A DNA stretch of 64,000 nucleotides from Bdellovibrionota bacterium (GCA_044337105.1 JBIIOE010000001.1:16309-80308); one strand, 5' to 3'. Positions 27,356 through 37,457 are shown, counted from the first letter of the stretch. Program-made: numbers and translations. Notes: a model not told the origin generated them from the letters alone.

Positions 27356-29380
27356 GTGATAACTCATTCTAGTCCAACACCGAAACTCGTAGAGATCGAT
27401 CCTTGGCTTCAACCGTATGCTGGGGCGATAGCAGCTCGCGGACGCTTGGCTCAAGACCGCGCTCAGCTCCTGACTCAGGGGCGAGGCTCTTTGGCAGATT
27501 TCGCCTCGGGGCACGAGTACTTCGGGCTACATCGAACCACAGATGGATGGGTACTACGAGAGCGCGCTCCGAATGCGAGCCGAATCGCACTCGTGGGGGA
27601 CTTTAGCGCATGGCAACCCGAACCTGGCCTGGTGTTCTCGAGGCTCGAGCACGGCACGTGGGAGCTCTCTCTTGCATCAGAGCGAATAAAGCACGGGGAC
27701 CATTACAAGCTACTTGTTTCATGGATCGAGAACGGGGTCGAGGTTACGGCAGAGAGGATCCCCTCGTTTTGTAGGCGTGTAGTGCAGGATCCCGCTACTC
27801 ATCTGTTTAGCGCGCAAGTATGGGCTCCTGCGATCCCTTATGCGTGGAAGCACAAAGGATTTCGTGTTCCGCGCGCCGCACCGCGTGTGTATGAGGCGCA
27901 TGTAGGTATGGCCCAGGAAGAGGCGAAGGTCGGAACCTATCGCGAGTTTACGGATAAGATACTGCCCCGCATCGCAGATGCGGGCTACAACACGATTCAG
28001 TTAATGGCCGTACAGGAGCATCCGTATTACGGTTCTTTTGGATACCAGGTCTCTAACTTCTTTGCTCCGTCCTCGCGCTTTGGCACCCCCGAGGATCTCA
28101 TGGAGCTCGTGGACACAGCGCACGGCCTCGGACTCGCAGTAATCATGGATCTCGTGCACTCACACGCAGTGAAGAACGAGATCGAGGGCTTGAGTAGATT
28201 GGATGGGTCTTACACACTCTATTTCCACGGTGGCATGCGTGGTGAGCATCCCGCATGGAATACCAGGCTCTTCGATTACGGCAAGATCGAGACCCTGCAC
28301 TTCCTTCTCTCCAATTGCCGCTACTGGCTCGATGCATTCCGATTCGACGGATATCGCTTCGACGGAGTAACCAGCATGATCTATCACGATCACGGGCTTG
28401 GCTCCTTCGCAGCGTCTTACGGTCACTACTTCAGCACTAATGTCGACGAAGACGCCGTCGCCTATCTGGCCCTTGCCAACCGAGTCGTGCACGAGGTTCG
28501 TCCGGATGCGATCACTGTGGCAGAGGAGGTCTCGGGGATGCCGGGCCTCGCGGCTCCGGTCGAGCACTGCGGAGTCGGCTTCGATTATCGGTTAGCTATG
28601 GGGGTGCCCGATTACTGGATCAAGCTACTCAAGCACGTGCGAGACGAGGATTGGAGCGTGTCTGACATCTGGTGGGAACTCACCAACAGGCGAGCCGACG
28701 AGAAGACCATAAACTACGCAGAGTCCCACGATCAGGCACTCGTGGGCGACAAGACGCTGATCTTTTGGCTTGCCGATCAGGAGATGTATTGGCACATGCG
28801 TGTTAACGATGCGAGCCTCGTGATCGACCGAGCTCTCGCCCTTCACAAGCTAATCCGCCTCGTAACTTTCGCAACCGCTGGCCACGGCTACCTCAACTTC
28901 ATGGGGAACGAGTTTGGCCATCCCGAGTGGGTCGATTTTCCACGCGAGGGAAACAACTGGTCTTACTATTATGCTCGCCGGCAATGGAGTTTGAGGGACG
29001 ATAAGAGCTTAAAATACCATTTTTTGGCGGATTTCGATAAAGCAATGATGCGTATGGCTACCGAGTTTTCAGCTTTGGAGACAGAGTGGCCATACAAGCT
29101 TTATGAGCATGTGTCCGATATGGTGCTCGCGTTCGAGCGGGCTGGACTACTCTTTGTTTTGAACTTTCATCCGACGAAGTCTTACGAGGGACGCAAGATT
29201 CCGATACGTGCACAGCACGGCGAGGGACCATACCGTGTCGTACTCGAGTCCGACGCTTCGGAGTTCGGAGGCTTCAATCGTATCGAGCGCCAGGTGGACT
29301 ACGACGTGAGCGGAGATGAGCCAGCGGTACATCTATATCTACCGGCCCGAACTGCGCTGGTTTTGGCGCCGTTTGCTTGA
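27356..29380 (+). CDS. glgB: 1,4-alpha-glucan branching enzyme (GH13, eukaryote/Bacteroidota-like type)
   Basis: YEAHVGM, NTIQLMAVQEH, GSFGYQV, VIMDLVHSH, FRFDGYRFDGVTSMIYHDHG, VAEEVSGMP, YAESHDQ and FMGNEFGHPEW. Confidence 0.93.
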   Translation: MITHSSPTPKLVEIDPWLQPYAGAIAARGRLAQDRAQLLTQGRGSLADFASGHEYFGLHRTTDGWVLRERAPNASRIALVGDFSAWQPEPGLVFSRLEHGTWELSLASERIKHGDHYKLLVSWIENGVEVTAERIPSFCRRVVQDPATHLFSAQVWAPAIPYAWKHKGFRVPRAAPRVYEAHVGMAQEEAKVGTYREFTDKILPRIADAGYNTIQLMAVQEHPYYGSFGYQVSNFFAPSSRFGTPEDLMELVDTAHGLGLAVIMDLVHSHAVKNEIEGLSRLDGSYTLYFHGGMRGEHPAWNTRLFDYGKIETLHFLLSNCRYWLDAFRFDGYRFDGVTSMIYHDHGLGSFAASYGHYFSTNVDEDAVAYLALANRVVHEVRPDAITVAEEVSGMPGLAAPVEHCGVGFDYRLAMGVPDYWIKLLKHVRDEDWSVSDIWWELTNRRADEKTINYAESHDQALVGDKTLIFWLADQEMYWHMRVNDASLVIDRALALHKLIRLVTFATAGHGYLNFMGNEFGHPEWVDFPREGNNWSYYYARRQWSLRDDKSLKYHFLADFDKAMMRMATEFSALETEWPYKLYEHVSDMVLAFERAGLLFVLNFHPTKSYEGRKIPIRAQHGEGPYRVVLESDASEFGGFNRIERQVDYDVSGDEPAVHLYLPARTALVLAPFA

Positions 29381-29384
29381 AGCG

Positions 29385-30605
29385 TCAGAAGTCCTCGAGC
29401 ACGGCCTGCGCCACGCGACGCCCGGCTCGAAGCGCGCCGTTCTGAGAGCCGTACGAAAGGTAATCTCCTGCGAAGAATACCCCCTCGTGCTCGATCCACC
29501 CGCACCCTAATCGAGGTCGAGCCGGCACTGCCGAATCGATCAAAAAGGAGCGAATGAACTCCCAGCTCTCGACGTGCGAGCCGTACCATTCCCGGAGCTG
29601 ACACTCGATCCGCTCTTTGAGCGCTTCCTCTGATGGTCGCTCGAGTGCGCCAAGCACAGTGACAGATATCAGGGATCTCCCCGCCGGCGCATACGATGGT
29701 TGTACGTTGGTAAGAACCGCAAGGTTATTAATTGGTCCGACGCCGTCGCCGTTTAGCACTAACACCGGTTCCGAAAACGGTGCAGTACAGGATGAGTAAT
29801 AGAATACCCCCACGCTGTGGGAAGGCATCGTCTGTTCAGGGCACCCGAGACGGGCTGCGCCGAGGAAATCGAGCGCGCACACAACCCGTCTCGCTCGCAA
29901 TGTTTCACCGCTCTCGAGGATTACCTCACGAGCAGAGATCTCAGCCGCTGAAGCTCCGAGGAGAATGTGGGACGAGCCTACGTGAGTCGCCAGAAGCTGC
30001 GGAAAGGCCTGCATGCCGTTGTGTGGAAGCACAGCCGGCCCTTCAGCGAAGACCTTCAAATAGAAGCGAGTCATGGCGGCGTCTGCAGAGAGGTTTCGAT
30101 CGAGAAGAACTCCTCCTAAAAATGGCTGGAGGAAGGCTTCACGGAAGCTCGGCGAAAATCGGTAGCGTTCGAGAAGCTGGGCGGTGGTCTCTCCATCAGA
30201 GCGCACCTCGTCGTCGCGATAGAAGGTCGCGAGTCGAGCCATCTGTGCGAGGTCGCGAGGTGACGCGAAAGGAAGTGTGAAGGCTGTTAGAAGGGCGGAA
30301 AGCTTTGCACGCGGATCGAGGAGGTCGTAGAAGCGCCCCTTCCAACGGATACGAGCGCCTGAGGTGAATGGTTTAGACTGAAGGGAATCAATCCCGCTTA
30401 TCAGGGTTAACTCTGGATAGCCACTCAGCAGAACCTGAAATCCGTGGTCGAGCTTGAAGCCATCTACGTCTGAAGTGCGCACACGCCCGCCGACTGAGTT
30501 TCCGCGCTCAACGAGCAGCACGCTGAGCCCACCTCGACTTATCTCGAGAGCTGCTCTAAGGCCGGTAAGCCCACCTCCCACAACAACTACATCTGCGTCA
30601 TGCAT
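29385..30605 (-). CDS. NAD(P)/FAD-dependent oxidoreductase (amine-oxidase/phytoene-desaturase-like)
   Basis: The start MHDADVVVVGGGLTGLRAALE..LLVERGNSVGGR is a Rossmann GxGxxG dinucleotide motif. The longer ORF to 30683 is probably an over-extension. Confidence 0.8.
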   Translation of the reverse strand: MHDADVVVVGGGLTGLRAALEISRGGLSVLLVERGNSVGGRVRTSDVDGFKLDHGFQVLLSGYPELTLISGIDSLQSKPFTSGARIRWKGRFYDLLDPRAKLSALLTAFTLPFASPRDLAQMARLATFYRDDEVRSDGETTAQLLERYRFSPSFREAFLQPFLGGVLLDRNLSADAAMTRFYLKVFAEGPAVLPHNGMQAFPQLLATHVGSSHILLGASAAEISAREVILESGETLRARRVVCALDFLGAARLGCPEQTMPSHSVGVFYYSSCTAPFSEPVLVLNGDGVGPINNLAVLTNVQPSYAPAGRSLISVTVLGALERPSEEALKERIECQLREWYGSHVESWEFIRSFLIDSAVPARPRLGCGWIEHEGVFFAGDYLSYGSQNGALRAGRRVAQAVLEDF

Positions 30606-30728
30606 AGCTCCACGAGTGTAGCCCATGCAGCGCTGGGAGGGGAGCGCAATTGCGCTCGAAGAGTTGAGTACGCAGCGCCGCACATGCTGTCGAGCGATGG
30701 GCCTATGACCGCCAGCAGGCCGCCAATT

Positions 30729-31736
30729 CTAGCTCAGGCCGGTAGCCCATTGCGTGAGAAGGTACATCACGTAGGCACACCCTGCGCTGATCGGAATGGT
30801 GAGTACCCAAGCATAGAGAATTCGAACGGTGATTCCCCACCTAACGGCCGAAACGCTCTGACTGGCGCCAACCCCGAGGATTGCGCCGCTGATACAGTGA
30901 GTGGTCGAGACGGGTAAACCGAGGTGCGAGGCGGTGAAAATCACAGATGCAGCAGCTGTTTCAGCGGCGAATCCATGCACCGGCTTGAGGTCGATAATCT
31001 TTGTTCCGAGGGTCTTGATGATGCGCACACCACCTGCGGCCGTTCCCAAACCCATCGCCGCAGCGCTGGACAAGATAACCCACGTCGGAACCACCAACTT
31101 TGGTCCCGTCATTTCTAGAGCGCCGTAGGCCACAAGCGCCATGGTGATTACGCCCATGGTCTTCTGTGCATCGTTGCTGCCGTGCGAGAGAGCCATGAAC
31201 CCTGCCGAGGCCATCTGTAGACGGCGGAAGAGGACGGATACTCCGACTGGAGCCGCTTTACGAAAGACCCAGAAGAGGATCAGCATAAAGACAAAAGCCA
31301 CCAACATTCCGATGAGGGGGCTCAAGACGAGGCTGAAAAGGATCTTCATGAGCCCGGGGCCTTGTACCGAGGAGATTCCGCTGTGAGCCCACCCCGCCCC
31401 GATCAAACCACCGACCATGGCGTGGGACGAGGATGAGGGAATACCGAAGTACCACGTGAACAGGTTCCAAAAGATAGCGCCGATCAGGGCTGCCAACATC
31501 ACCAACAAAGTAATCGTCTCGGGAGTTATTATCCCTTTGCCGATAGTGCTCGCAACGGCTGTGCCGGTAAGCGCTCCGACGAAGTTCAACACGGCGGCAA
31601 GGTATATAGCTGTGCGTAACGGCAGCACTCCTGTGCTTACCACTGTAGCAATGGCGTTTGCCGTGTCATGAAAGCCGTTGATAAAATCGAAGATAAGCGC
31701 GGCGAGTATTACGGTAATGACGAGCGTAAGGAGCAT
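30729..31736 (-). CDS. Inorganic phosphate transporter, PiT family
   Basis: FDFINGFHDTANAIATVV and the repeated GSNDAQKTMG signature. Multi-TM. Confidence 0.92.
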   Translation of the reverse strand: MLLTLVITVILAALIFDFINGFHDTANAIATVVSTGVLPLRTAIYLAAVLNFVGALTGTAVASTIGKGIITPETITLLVMLAALIGAIFWNLFTWYFGIPSSSSHAMVGGLIGAGWAHSGISSVQGPGLMKILFSLVLSPLIGMLVAFVFMLILFWVFRKAAPVGVSVLFRRLQMASAGFMALSHGSNDAQKTMGVITMALVAYGALEMTGPKLVVPTWVILSSAAAMGLGTAAGGVRIIKTLGTKIIDLKPVHGFAAETAAASVIFTASHLGLPVSTTHCISGAILGVGASQSVSAVRWGITVRILYAWVLTIPISAGCAYVMYLLTQWATGLS

Positions 31737-31738
31737 GG

Positions 31739-32386
31739 CTAAGAGTTTTTGATAACGATCGTAGAGAGCGCGTTGGACACATCGTCACACAGGTCGAGAC
31801 TACGCTCGAGGCCTTCGAGAAACTCCTTGTGCTTGAGCAGCCGGATCGCGTCGGATTCGTGCTTGAACATTTCAGCTATCTGGGTGCGAAAGATTCTGTC
31901 GCCCTCGTCCTCGAGTGACTTGATACTCTTGCAATGCTTGCGTATCTCGAGGTGGCTGTTCTTCTTCTGAATCTTGGAGACTGCGTCGAACACCTCTCCA
32001 GACGCCTTCTGTATCAAGGTGGCTATCTCCACGCTACCCGCAGGGAGATCCTCCATAGCATGAACACTAATCTGCAGCGCAGTTGAGTAAATTAGGTCGG
32101 TCATGCTTTCGAGTTCAGAGGCGAGATTGTAGATGTCTGAACGATCGATAGGGGTGACAAAGGTTCGATTGAGCTCTTTGTAGACCTCTATGATGACGCG
32201 GTCTGCATCGTGCTCGACCTCTTTGAGCCGCTTAATCGTCTCTTCCCGCGAGGCCGGGTTGGTATCTTGAACGCACTCGACCAAGAGCGCGCTGGCGTTC
32301 TTGGCGCATTGAGCGCCACGAGCCAAAAGCTCGAAAAAGTGATCTTCGCGCGGGAGAAGCCATCTGATAGCACGGTCGAGCCACAT
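31739..32386 (-). CDS. DUF47 / PhoU-like phosphate-transport regulator (TIGR00153 family)
   Basis: Its start is 3 nt upstream-adjacent to the PiT gene. Typical HFFELL, EHDADRV and ESDAIRL helices. Confidence 0.85.
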   Translation of the reverse strand: MWLDRAIRWLLPREDHFFELLARGAQCAKNASALLVECVQDTNPASREETIKRLKEVEHDADRVIIEVYKELNRTFVTPIDRSDIYNLASELESMTDLIYSTALQISVHAMEDLPAGSVEIATLIQKASGEVFDAVSKIQKKNSHLEIRKHCKSIKSLEDEGDRIFRTQIAEMFKHESDAIRLLKHKEFLEGLERSLDLCDDVSNALSTIVIKNS

Positions 32387-32676
32387 AGTCGCAGGTCCAA
32401 AAACGTAACCGATTCTAAGCGCTTCTCTAACCGAAATTTAATCAAATGGGTAGCGCCTTAACAAAATACTAACACAAGCAAACCCGTCGGTTACCGACAC
32501 TGCTCTTATCCTCACACCTCCCGGTCAAACCGCGCGACTCCGCGTAAGGGTTCGAATATTGCTTTCCAAAGGAGAGTGTGCGCTGCAGCACCCCATGACG
32601 GGAGCGCCGCAGGGGAGCGTAAAAGAAGCCGCACTCTTGGTGGACAAGGCGCAACAAATCGCTACACAATGCCCGC

Positions 32677-33477
32677 GTGGAAGAGCGATTCAAAGGATTC
32701 AGACAACTTGTAGGCGACGAGCCCTTCGCGCGCATTTCGAGCGCTTCTGTATGTATCGTGGGGCTTGGAGGGGTCGGCTCCTGGGTTGTAGAGGCACTCG
32801 CTCGGAGTGGGGTCGGGGCACTAACCTTGGTGGATCTCGACGAGGTGTGTGTGACCAACATCAATCGACAGATCCATGCCCTCACGGGCACTGTCGGGAC
32901 CTCCAAGGTCGATGCCCTGGTCGAGCGCGTTCAGCAGATTAATCCAAACTGTGTCATCACCCCGATGAAGCGCTTCTTTACCTCAAGTACTGCCGATTTG
33001 ATCTTTTCGCACCATTACGACCTCGTAATCGATACCATCGACAGGGTGGAGAACAAGGCGCTCCTGCTGGCAACGTGCGTAGAGCGCGGTCTGCCCGTGA
33101 TAGCCGTCGGTTCCGGTGGTGAGCGGCTCGATCCGAGCTCGGTAGTGGTGGCCGATCTTGCACGGACGATTCACGACCCCTTGCTGCAGTGCGTACGCAA
33201 AACGCTCCGACAACAACACGCATTCCCAAAAGGCGAGGGTGCTACATTCGGCATACGGTGTGTCTATGCGCCATTACAGCGCGGCCAGCGGCTACCACAG
33301 GGCGAAGCTCAGGTGGCAAGTAGTTGCGAGACCGATCCACGTGATGCTCGAGGGCGCAAAAGCTGCAACGACGGTTTAGGGAGCGCTGTGTTCATGACGG
33401 GAACTCTAGGCTTCACGGCGGCGGCTGAAGCGGTGCGCCTGTTGACACAAACTCCGTGCTCTAAAGCACTTTGCTAA
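32677..33477 (+). CDS. tcdA: tRNA threonylcarbamoyladenosine dehydratase (ThiF/E1-like)
   Basis: VCIVGLGGVGSWVVEALARSGVG.LTLVDLD.VCVTNINRQIHA and DLVIDTIDRVENKALL. GTG start. Confidence 0.85.
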   Translation: MEERFKGFRQLVGDEPFARISSASVCIVGLGGVGSWVVEALARSGVGALTLVDLDEVCVTNINRQIHALTGTVGTSKVDALVERVQQINPNCVITPMKRFFTSSTADLIFSHHYDLVIDTIDRVENKALLLATCVERGLPVIAVGSGGERLDPSSVVVADLARTIHDPLLQCVRKTLRQQHAFPKGEGATFGIRCVYAPLQRGQRLPQGEAQVASSCETDPRDARGRKSCNDGLGSAVFMTGTLGFTAAAEAVRLLTQTPCSKALC

Positions 33478-34261
33478 AGAGCCGCGCGAAGTTCTCAGCG
33501 ACCAAGGTTGTCAGATCCACGAGGGGAATCCCCAAGAGCTGCGCTACGCCCTCATAGACAGAGGGGAGCAGGGCAGGATGATTAACCCTGCGACCCTGCT
33601 CGTCGCGGAGTCCGTAAAGGTCGAGCGCCTCTGGTAAGCACTGGTCTGGAGCGTCCGTTTCTATTAGGAGTCGATCCGATGGCACGCAGCGGAAGACCTC
33701 TAATTTTTTTCGCTTGCTCTCTCCGAGAAAATATCCCGGACATGAGAAGTAGGCCCCGAGCTTGGCGAGCTGAGGAATCATCTCAGCCGAGCCCCCGTAG
33801 GAGTGCAGCAAGAAACCACACCGAGGAGTGCGGTGCGAAGAGAGGAGCTCGAGCAATCGCCCCCACGCTTTCAGACAATGAATAGTGACAGGAAGGTCGC
33901 GCTCGACGGCGATCTCGAGCTGGGCAAGGAAGAGCTCCTCCTGCTGAACGAGGTCGAGTCCCTCTTTCCACCGGTCTAAGCCGATCTCTCCGACACCGGA
34001 GGGGGCCGAATCGAGATGGCGCAGTAATCTATCTTTCCAGCTCTTGGTGGCCTCGTGCAGGTACCAGGGGTGATAACCGAAAGAGGGCAAAACCCAGGGG
34101 TGTGATGCTGCCAAAGCCAGAACATCCTGCCAGTCGTTCTCGCACGATCCGTTTACCACCGCACCCGCAACCCCGACACGTTGGCACTCCCCAACAATAT
34201 CAGTCAGCCGTGGGCGCAAGCGCTGATCGTGCAGATGGTTGTGCGCGTCGAAAAATCGCAT
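33461..34261 (-). CDS. TatD-family metal-dependent hydrolase
   Basis: MRFFDAHNHLHD, GEIGLD, VTIHC, FLLHSY, and ETDAPD. Confidence 0.88.
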   Translation of the reverse strand: MRFFDAHNHLHDQRLRPRLTDIVGECQRVGVAGAVVNGSCENDWQDVLALAASHPWVLPSFGYHPWYLHEATKSWKDRLLRHLDSAPSGVGEIGLDRWKEGLDLVQQEELFLAQLEIAVERDLPVTIHCLKAWGRLLELLSSHRTPRCGFLLHSYGGSAEMIPQLAKLGAYFSCPGYFLGESKRKKLEVFRCVPSDRLLIETDAPDQCLPEALDLYGLRDEQGRRVNHPALLPSVYEGVAQLLGIPLVDLTTLVAENFARLFSKVL

Positions 34262-34266
34262 GAGAT

Positions 34267-34734
34267 TTAGGCGGCGCAGTCCGAGGCAAGGAGCGTAGAC
34301 TCTGCGCCGGCTACGGCCGTCGCGTGATGCAAGACGAAACTAACGATACTCGACACCGCCCGACGCCGGGTTAGTGTCAGCAGTCCATCCAGCCTTAACT
34401 CCCTAGCGAAGGCCGCCTCGACCCGCAGAATCTCAGAAGGAGGGCGATTGCTGTAGAGATCACAGAGAAGGGAACCTATCCCCTGCACCACTTCTGACTC
34501 TGAAGCGCAGCTGAAGAAGCATCGACCCGCTTGCGTGTGAGCCTCAAGCCAAAGCCCCGAAAGACAACCCGGCACCCGTCGCTCTGAGGTACGACTACTA
34601 GCCGCAACGGGTAGGTGGATCGCCTCCCGCTCCATGAGCCAGGTGAGCTTGTCTTCAGCGCTCTCAAGAGCAAGATACTCCTCGACGAGGGCTGCGTGTT
34701 CAGGCTGACTAAGAAATGGTGTCAGGGTGTTCAT
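34267..34734 (-). CDS. SufE/CsdE-like sulfur acceptor protein
   Basis: RVPGCLSGLWLEA matches the SufE active-site Cys loop (pGCqSqvWl). ATG 34734 is preferred. The extension to 34770 would approach the repeat at 34755. Confidence 0.75.
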   Translation of the reverse strand: MNTLTPFLSQPEHAALVEEYLALESAEDKLTWLMEREAIHLPVAASSRTSERRVPGCLSGLWLEAHTQAGRCFFSCASESEVVQGIGSLLCDLYSNRPPSEILRVEAAFARELRLDGLLTLTRRRAVSSIVSFVLHHATAVAGAESTLLASDCAA

Positions 34735-34754
34735 ACAATGCTTCGTAGCACACC

Positions 34755-34917
34755 TAGGGAAGCGCGGCAAAACCTACCCCATAGTCTCACTTTTGAAATA
34801 ACCACGTGAACGTGCTCGTGCTCGTAAACGTGAACATACCCGAAAAACTTGAGGTTTTTGTTTCGGGTACGTTTACGTTCACGTGCGAGGAAACATAGGT
34901 TTTGCCTCGCTTCCCTA
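34755..34917. mobile_element. MITE-like element, type 1, containing the 71-nt hairpin module
   Basis: TA-gggaagcgcggcaaaacct...aggttttgcctcgcttccc-TA terminal inverted repeats (1 mismatch). The flanks reconstruct CTAG. The interior hairpin ccacgtgaacgtgctcgtgctcgtaaacgtgaacatacccgaaa/tttcgggtacgtttacgttcacgtgcgagg is homologous to the arms at 25720 and 26154. Confidence 0.75.
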
Positions 34918-34996
34918 GCGCTGGAAGTGCAGGGGGCTGCTATCCAGTCGAAAATTCAAAGATTTGACGCTTGAACAGCGTAGTCGCGCGCTGTCT

Positions 34997-35338
34997 CTAT
35001 GTGCCGGTTCGTTTGTAGCGACCGAGATCGGCCCCGCTTATCTCTATGATTTCATCGAGCTCCAATGGGGCTGGTGAAAAGATAAAGCGCCCCTCTCCCT
35101 CGATAGGCGGCTTGGCAGTCATACGATATGCCCCTTCGTGCAACGAAAGATCGGTCTCAATCTGGCGAAAGTCAGGCGCTCCTTTCGGTCGCAGGTGCAC
35201 AGCCTTTACCTTTTGATGTCTAACCGAGAACCCACTGTCGTTGAGTAGGTAGACATAACCGGCCCACCGGGCCCTTCGGGAGAGCTCCCACACCAGAGCT
35301 GCACTAATAATCGAAACGACGATTGTGAACACAAGCAT
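34997..35338 (-). CDS. Hypothetical membrane-anchored protein
   Basis: 113-aa ORF with the N-terminal TM MLVFTIVVSIISAALVW. Confidence 0.45.
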   Translation of the reverse strand: MLVFTIVVSIISAALVWELSRRARWAGYVYLLNDSGFSVRHQKVKAVHLRPKGAPDFRQIETDLSLHEGAYRMTAKPPIEGEGRFIFSPAPLELDEIIEISGADLGRYKRTGT

Positions 35339-35620
35339 AATACCACCGTTCGTGGATAGGATGCGGAATTCTACGCCCGGTATTCCGACGGATCCACTCC
35401 CCTAGCAAAAATAATGGCATGAAACTACTTCTAGTCGACATCCTGAACCTTCGCGTAACGCCGTGCTCGAGTAGGTCAACTACGAATTTCCTCTATGGCG
35501 GCGGCCGCAGATTAAAGTGCCCAAGTTGCCGGCCGCCTTTGTAAGGCACACATAAACTCACTGTAGGGCAGAAAAAGAGCTGGAGTGCTCGGTCAAGCCA
35601 TCGAACTCTCTCCGCCTACA

Positions 35621-37231
35621 TCAATGTACAAAATCGCGGAACTGATGGTGAGGATTTTTTTCACGCAGGTAATTCTTCTCCCACTCAGCCTTTAGAAGCA
35701 CCACCGTTCGCTCGCGCGCATCAAGGGCTACCATTGCCCCCATCGGCAATACAAGGCTCGGCATATCTCCTTCGACGTACACGCTGAATCGATACGGCAA
35801 GAAATCCACCGCGCTGGTGACTCCGTACTCGTCCTTGAGACGATACTGAAGAACCTCGAATTGGAGTTTGCCGACTGCTGCGACAAGCGGAGGATCCTTC
35901 GGATTGCGATACGAGCGCAGTATTTGCACCGCACCCTCTGACGCTAGCTGCATAATCCCTTTGTCGAACTGCTTGTGGCGCAAGACATCGGTCGGTCGAA
36001 TCTGAGCTACGATCTCGGGTGGAAACTGCGGCATCGGCTTGAAATCGAACCCGCCCATCACCGATACCGTGTCTCCGATTGCAAACACACCGGGATTAAT
36101 CACACCGATAATGTCTCCGGGATAAGCCTGATCGACGGTGTTTCGGTCCTGGGCCACCATGCTGTATGAGCGCGAGAGGCGAATCTCCTTTCCTGTGCGG
36201 TGATGTCGCACTACCATGTCTCTCTCGAATTGCCCGGAGCACACCCGCATGTACGCCATACTGTCACGATGGCGGGGATTCATGTTCGCTTGGATCTTGA
36301 AGACGTACGCGGAGAAGGGGGTCTCCACTGGATCGATACTGACGGTCTCCCCAGCCTTGGTCGTAGCCTGGTAGGCGTGCGGAGAGGGGGCGAGCTGCGT
36401 AAAGCGGTCGAAGAACGGCTCGACTCCAAAATTCGTCAGCGCAGAACCGAAAAAGACCGGTGTGAGCTCGCCTGCTAGGTAGAGCTCGAGATCAAAAGGA
36501 TTCCCCGCCGTAGCGAGTAACTCGAGCTCATCGGCAAGTGCTTGCGCTTCTGTGGAGTCTAATTCGCCGGAACTGATGGCGTCTTGGAGTTTCATTGACC
36601 GAAAAGTAGCCTTGCCGGCTCCACCGATCTCAGAGCGCGAAAAAAGGATCACCTCATTAGTGTGTGGCGAGACCACCCCCTTAAACGACGACCCGCTTCC
36701 GATCGGCCAACTCATCGGCGAAGCCACGATACCAAGAACCTCCTCTACCTCTTGCAGCAGCTCGAGGGGGTCCTTGCTCGGCAGGTCCATCTTGTTGATG
36801 AAGGTCAGGATAGGGGTCTTCTGCATCCGGCACACCGCGAACAGCTTTCGCGTTTGCGCCTCGACGCCTTTGGCTGCATCGAGCACCATTACTGCGCTGT
36901 CGGCCGCCGTCAACGTGCGATAGGTGTCCTCGCTGAAATCCTGATGGCCCGGGGTATCGAGCACGTTGATGATCGAGTCCTTGTAGGGAAACTGCATCGC
37001 CGAGGCCGATACCGAGATGCCACGTTCCTGCTCGAGCGCCATCCAATCCGAGCTCGTCGCGCGGCCGCCCTTACGAGCGCGAACCATACCGGCAACGGCT
37101 ATCATCCCGGAGTAGAGGAGTAACTTCTCAGTCAGGGTAGTTTTACCCGCATCCGGATGGCTGATGATAGCGAAGGTACGCCTTTTCGCGGTCTCAGCGG
37201 CGACCTCTTTGTTTGTTGGAGAGTCTGACAT
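35621..37231 (-). CDS. prfC: Peptide chain release factor 3
   Basis: RRTFAIISHPDAGKTTLTEKLL (G1), DTPGHQDF (G3), NKMD (G4), and a typical RF3 length from ATG 37231. The ORF extension to 37567 is Ser/Arg-rich and unlikely to be translated. Confidence 0.95.
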   Translation of the reverse strand: MSDSPTNKEVAAETAKRRTFAIISHPDAGKTTLTEKLLLYSGMIAVAGMVRARKGGRATSSDWMALEQERGISVSASAMQFPYKDSIINVLDTPGHQDFSEDTYRTLTAADSAVMVLDAAKGVEAQTRKLFAVCRMQKTPILTFINKMDLPSKDPLELLQEVEEVLGIVASPMSWPIGSGSSFKGVVSPHTNEVILFSRSEIGGAGKATFRSMKLQDAISSGELDSTEAQALADELELLATAGNPFDLELYLAGELTPVFFGSALTNFGVEPFFDRFTQLAPSPHAYQATTKAGETVSIDPVETPFSAYVFKIQANMNPRHRDSMAYMRVCSGQFERDMVVRHHRTGKEIRLSRSYSMVAQDRNTVDQAYPGDIIGVINPGVFAIGDTVSVMGGFDFKPMPQFPPEIVAQIRPTDVLRHKQFDKGIMQLASEGAVQILRSYRNPKDPPLVAAVGKLQFEVLQYRLKDEYGVTSAVDFLPYRFSVYVEGDMPSLVLPMGAMVALDARERTVVLLKAEWEKNYLREKNPHHQFRDFVH

Positions 37232-37457
37232 ACTGCAATCCAGAGATATGGTTGAGCCCCTTGAGGCGGCTGCGCGCTGGCCAGCACTCCGAGGCCCCGC
37301 GGTGCGGCCGTGATTGTGTACGGAGCGGCGTAATTTAGCAATCGTTAGTAGTGTTTTCAGGGCCCTACTAGTACTCGACCTGGTCTCGGGTGGCCCGCGT
37401 GAGGCCCACGACAAGCCAGTGGTGGTCATGGACGTGTGGTGTTGGTATAGTTTCTGG

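Noticed and set aside
34615-34809. Short ORFs 34615..34809 and 42393..42623 ending in the identical EARQNLPHSLTFEITT
   Set aside because: The identity reflects the type-1 repeat sequence. Both ORFs run from unrelated upstream DNA into the repeat. They are not genes.
35500-35541. GC-rich hairpin ggcggccg-22 nt-cggccgcc followed by TTTG, a possible terminator
   Set aside because: No plus-strand gene ends upstream of it. On the minus strand, downstream of prfC, it is not followed by a U-run. The loop is also long.
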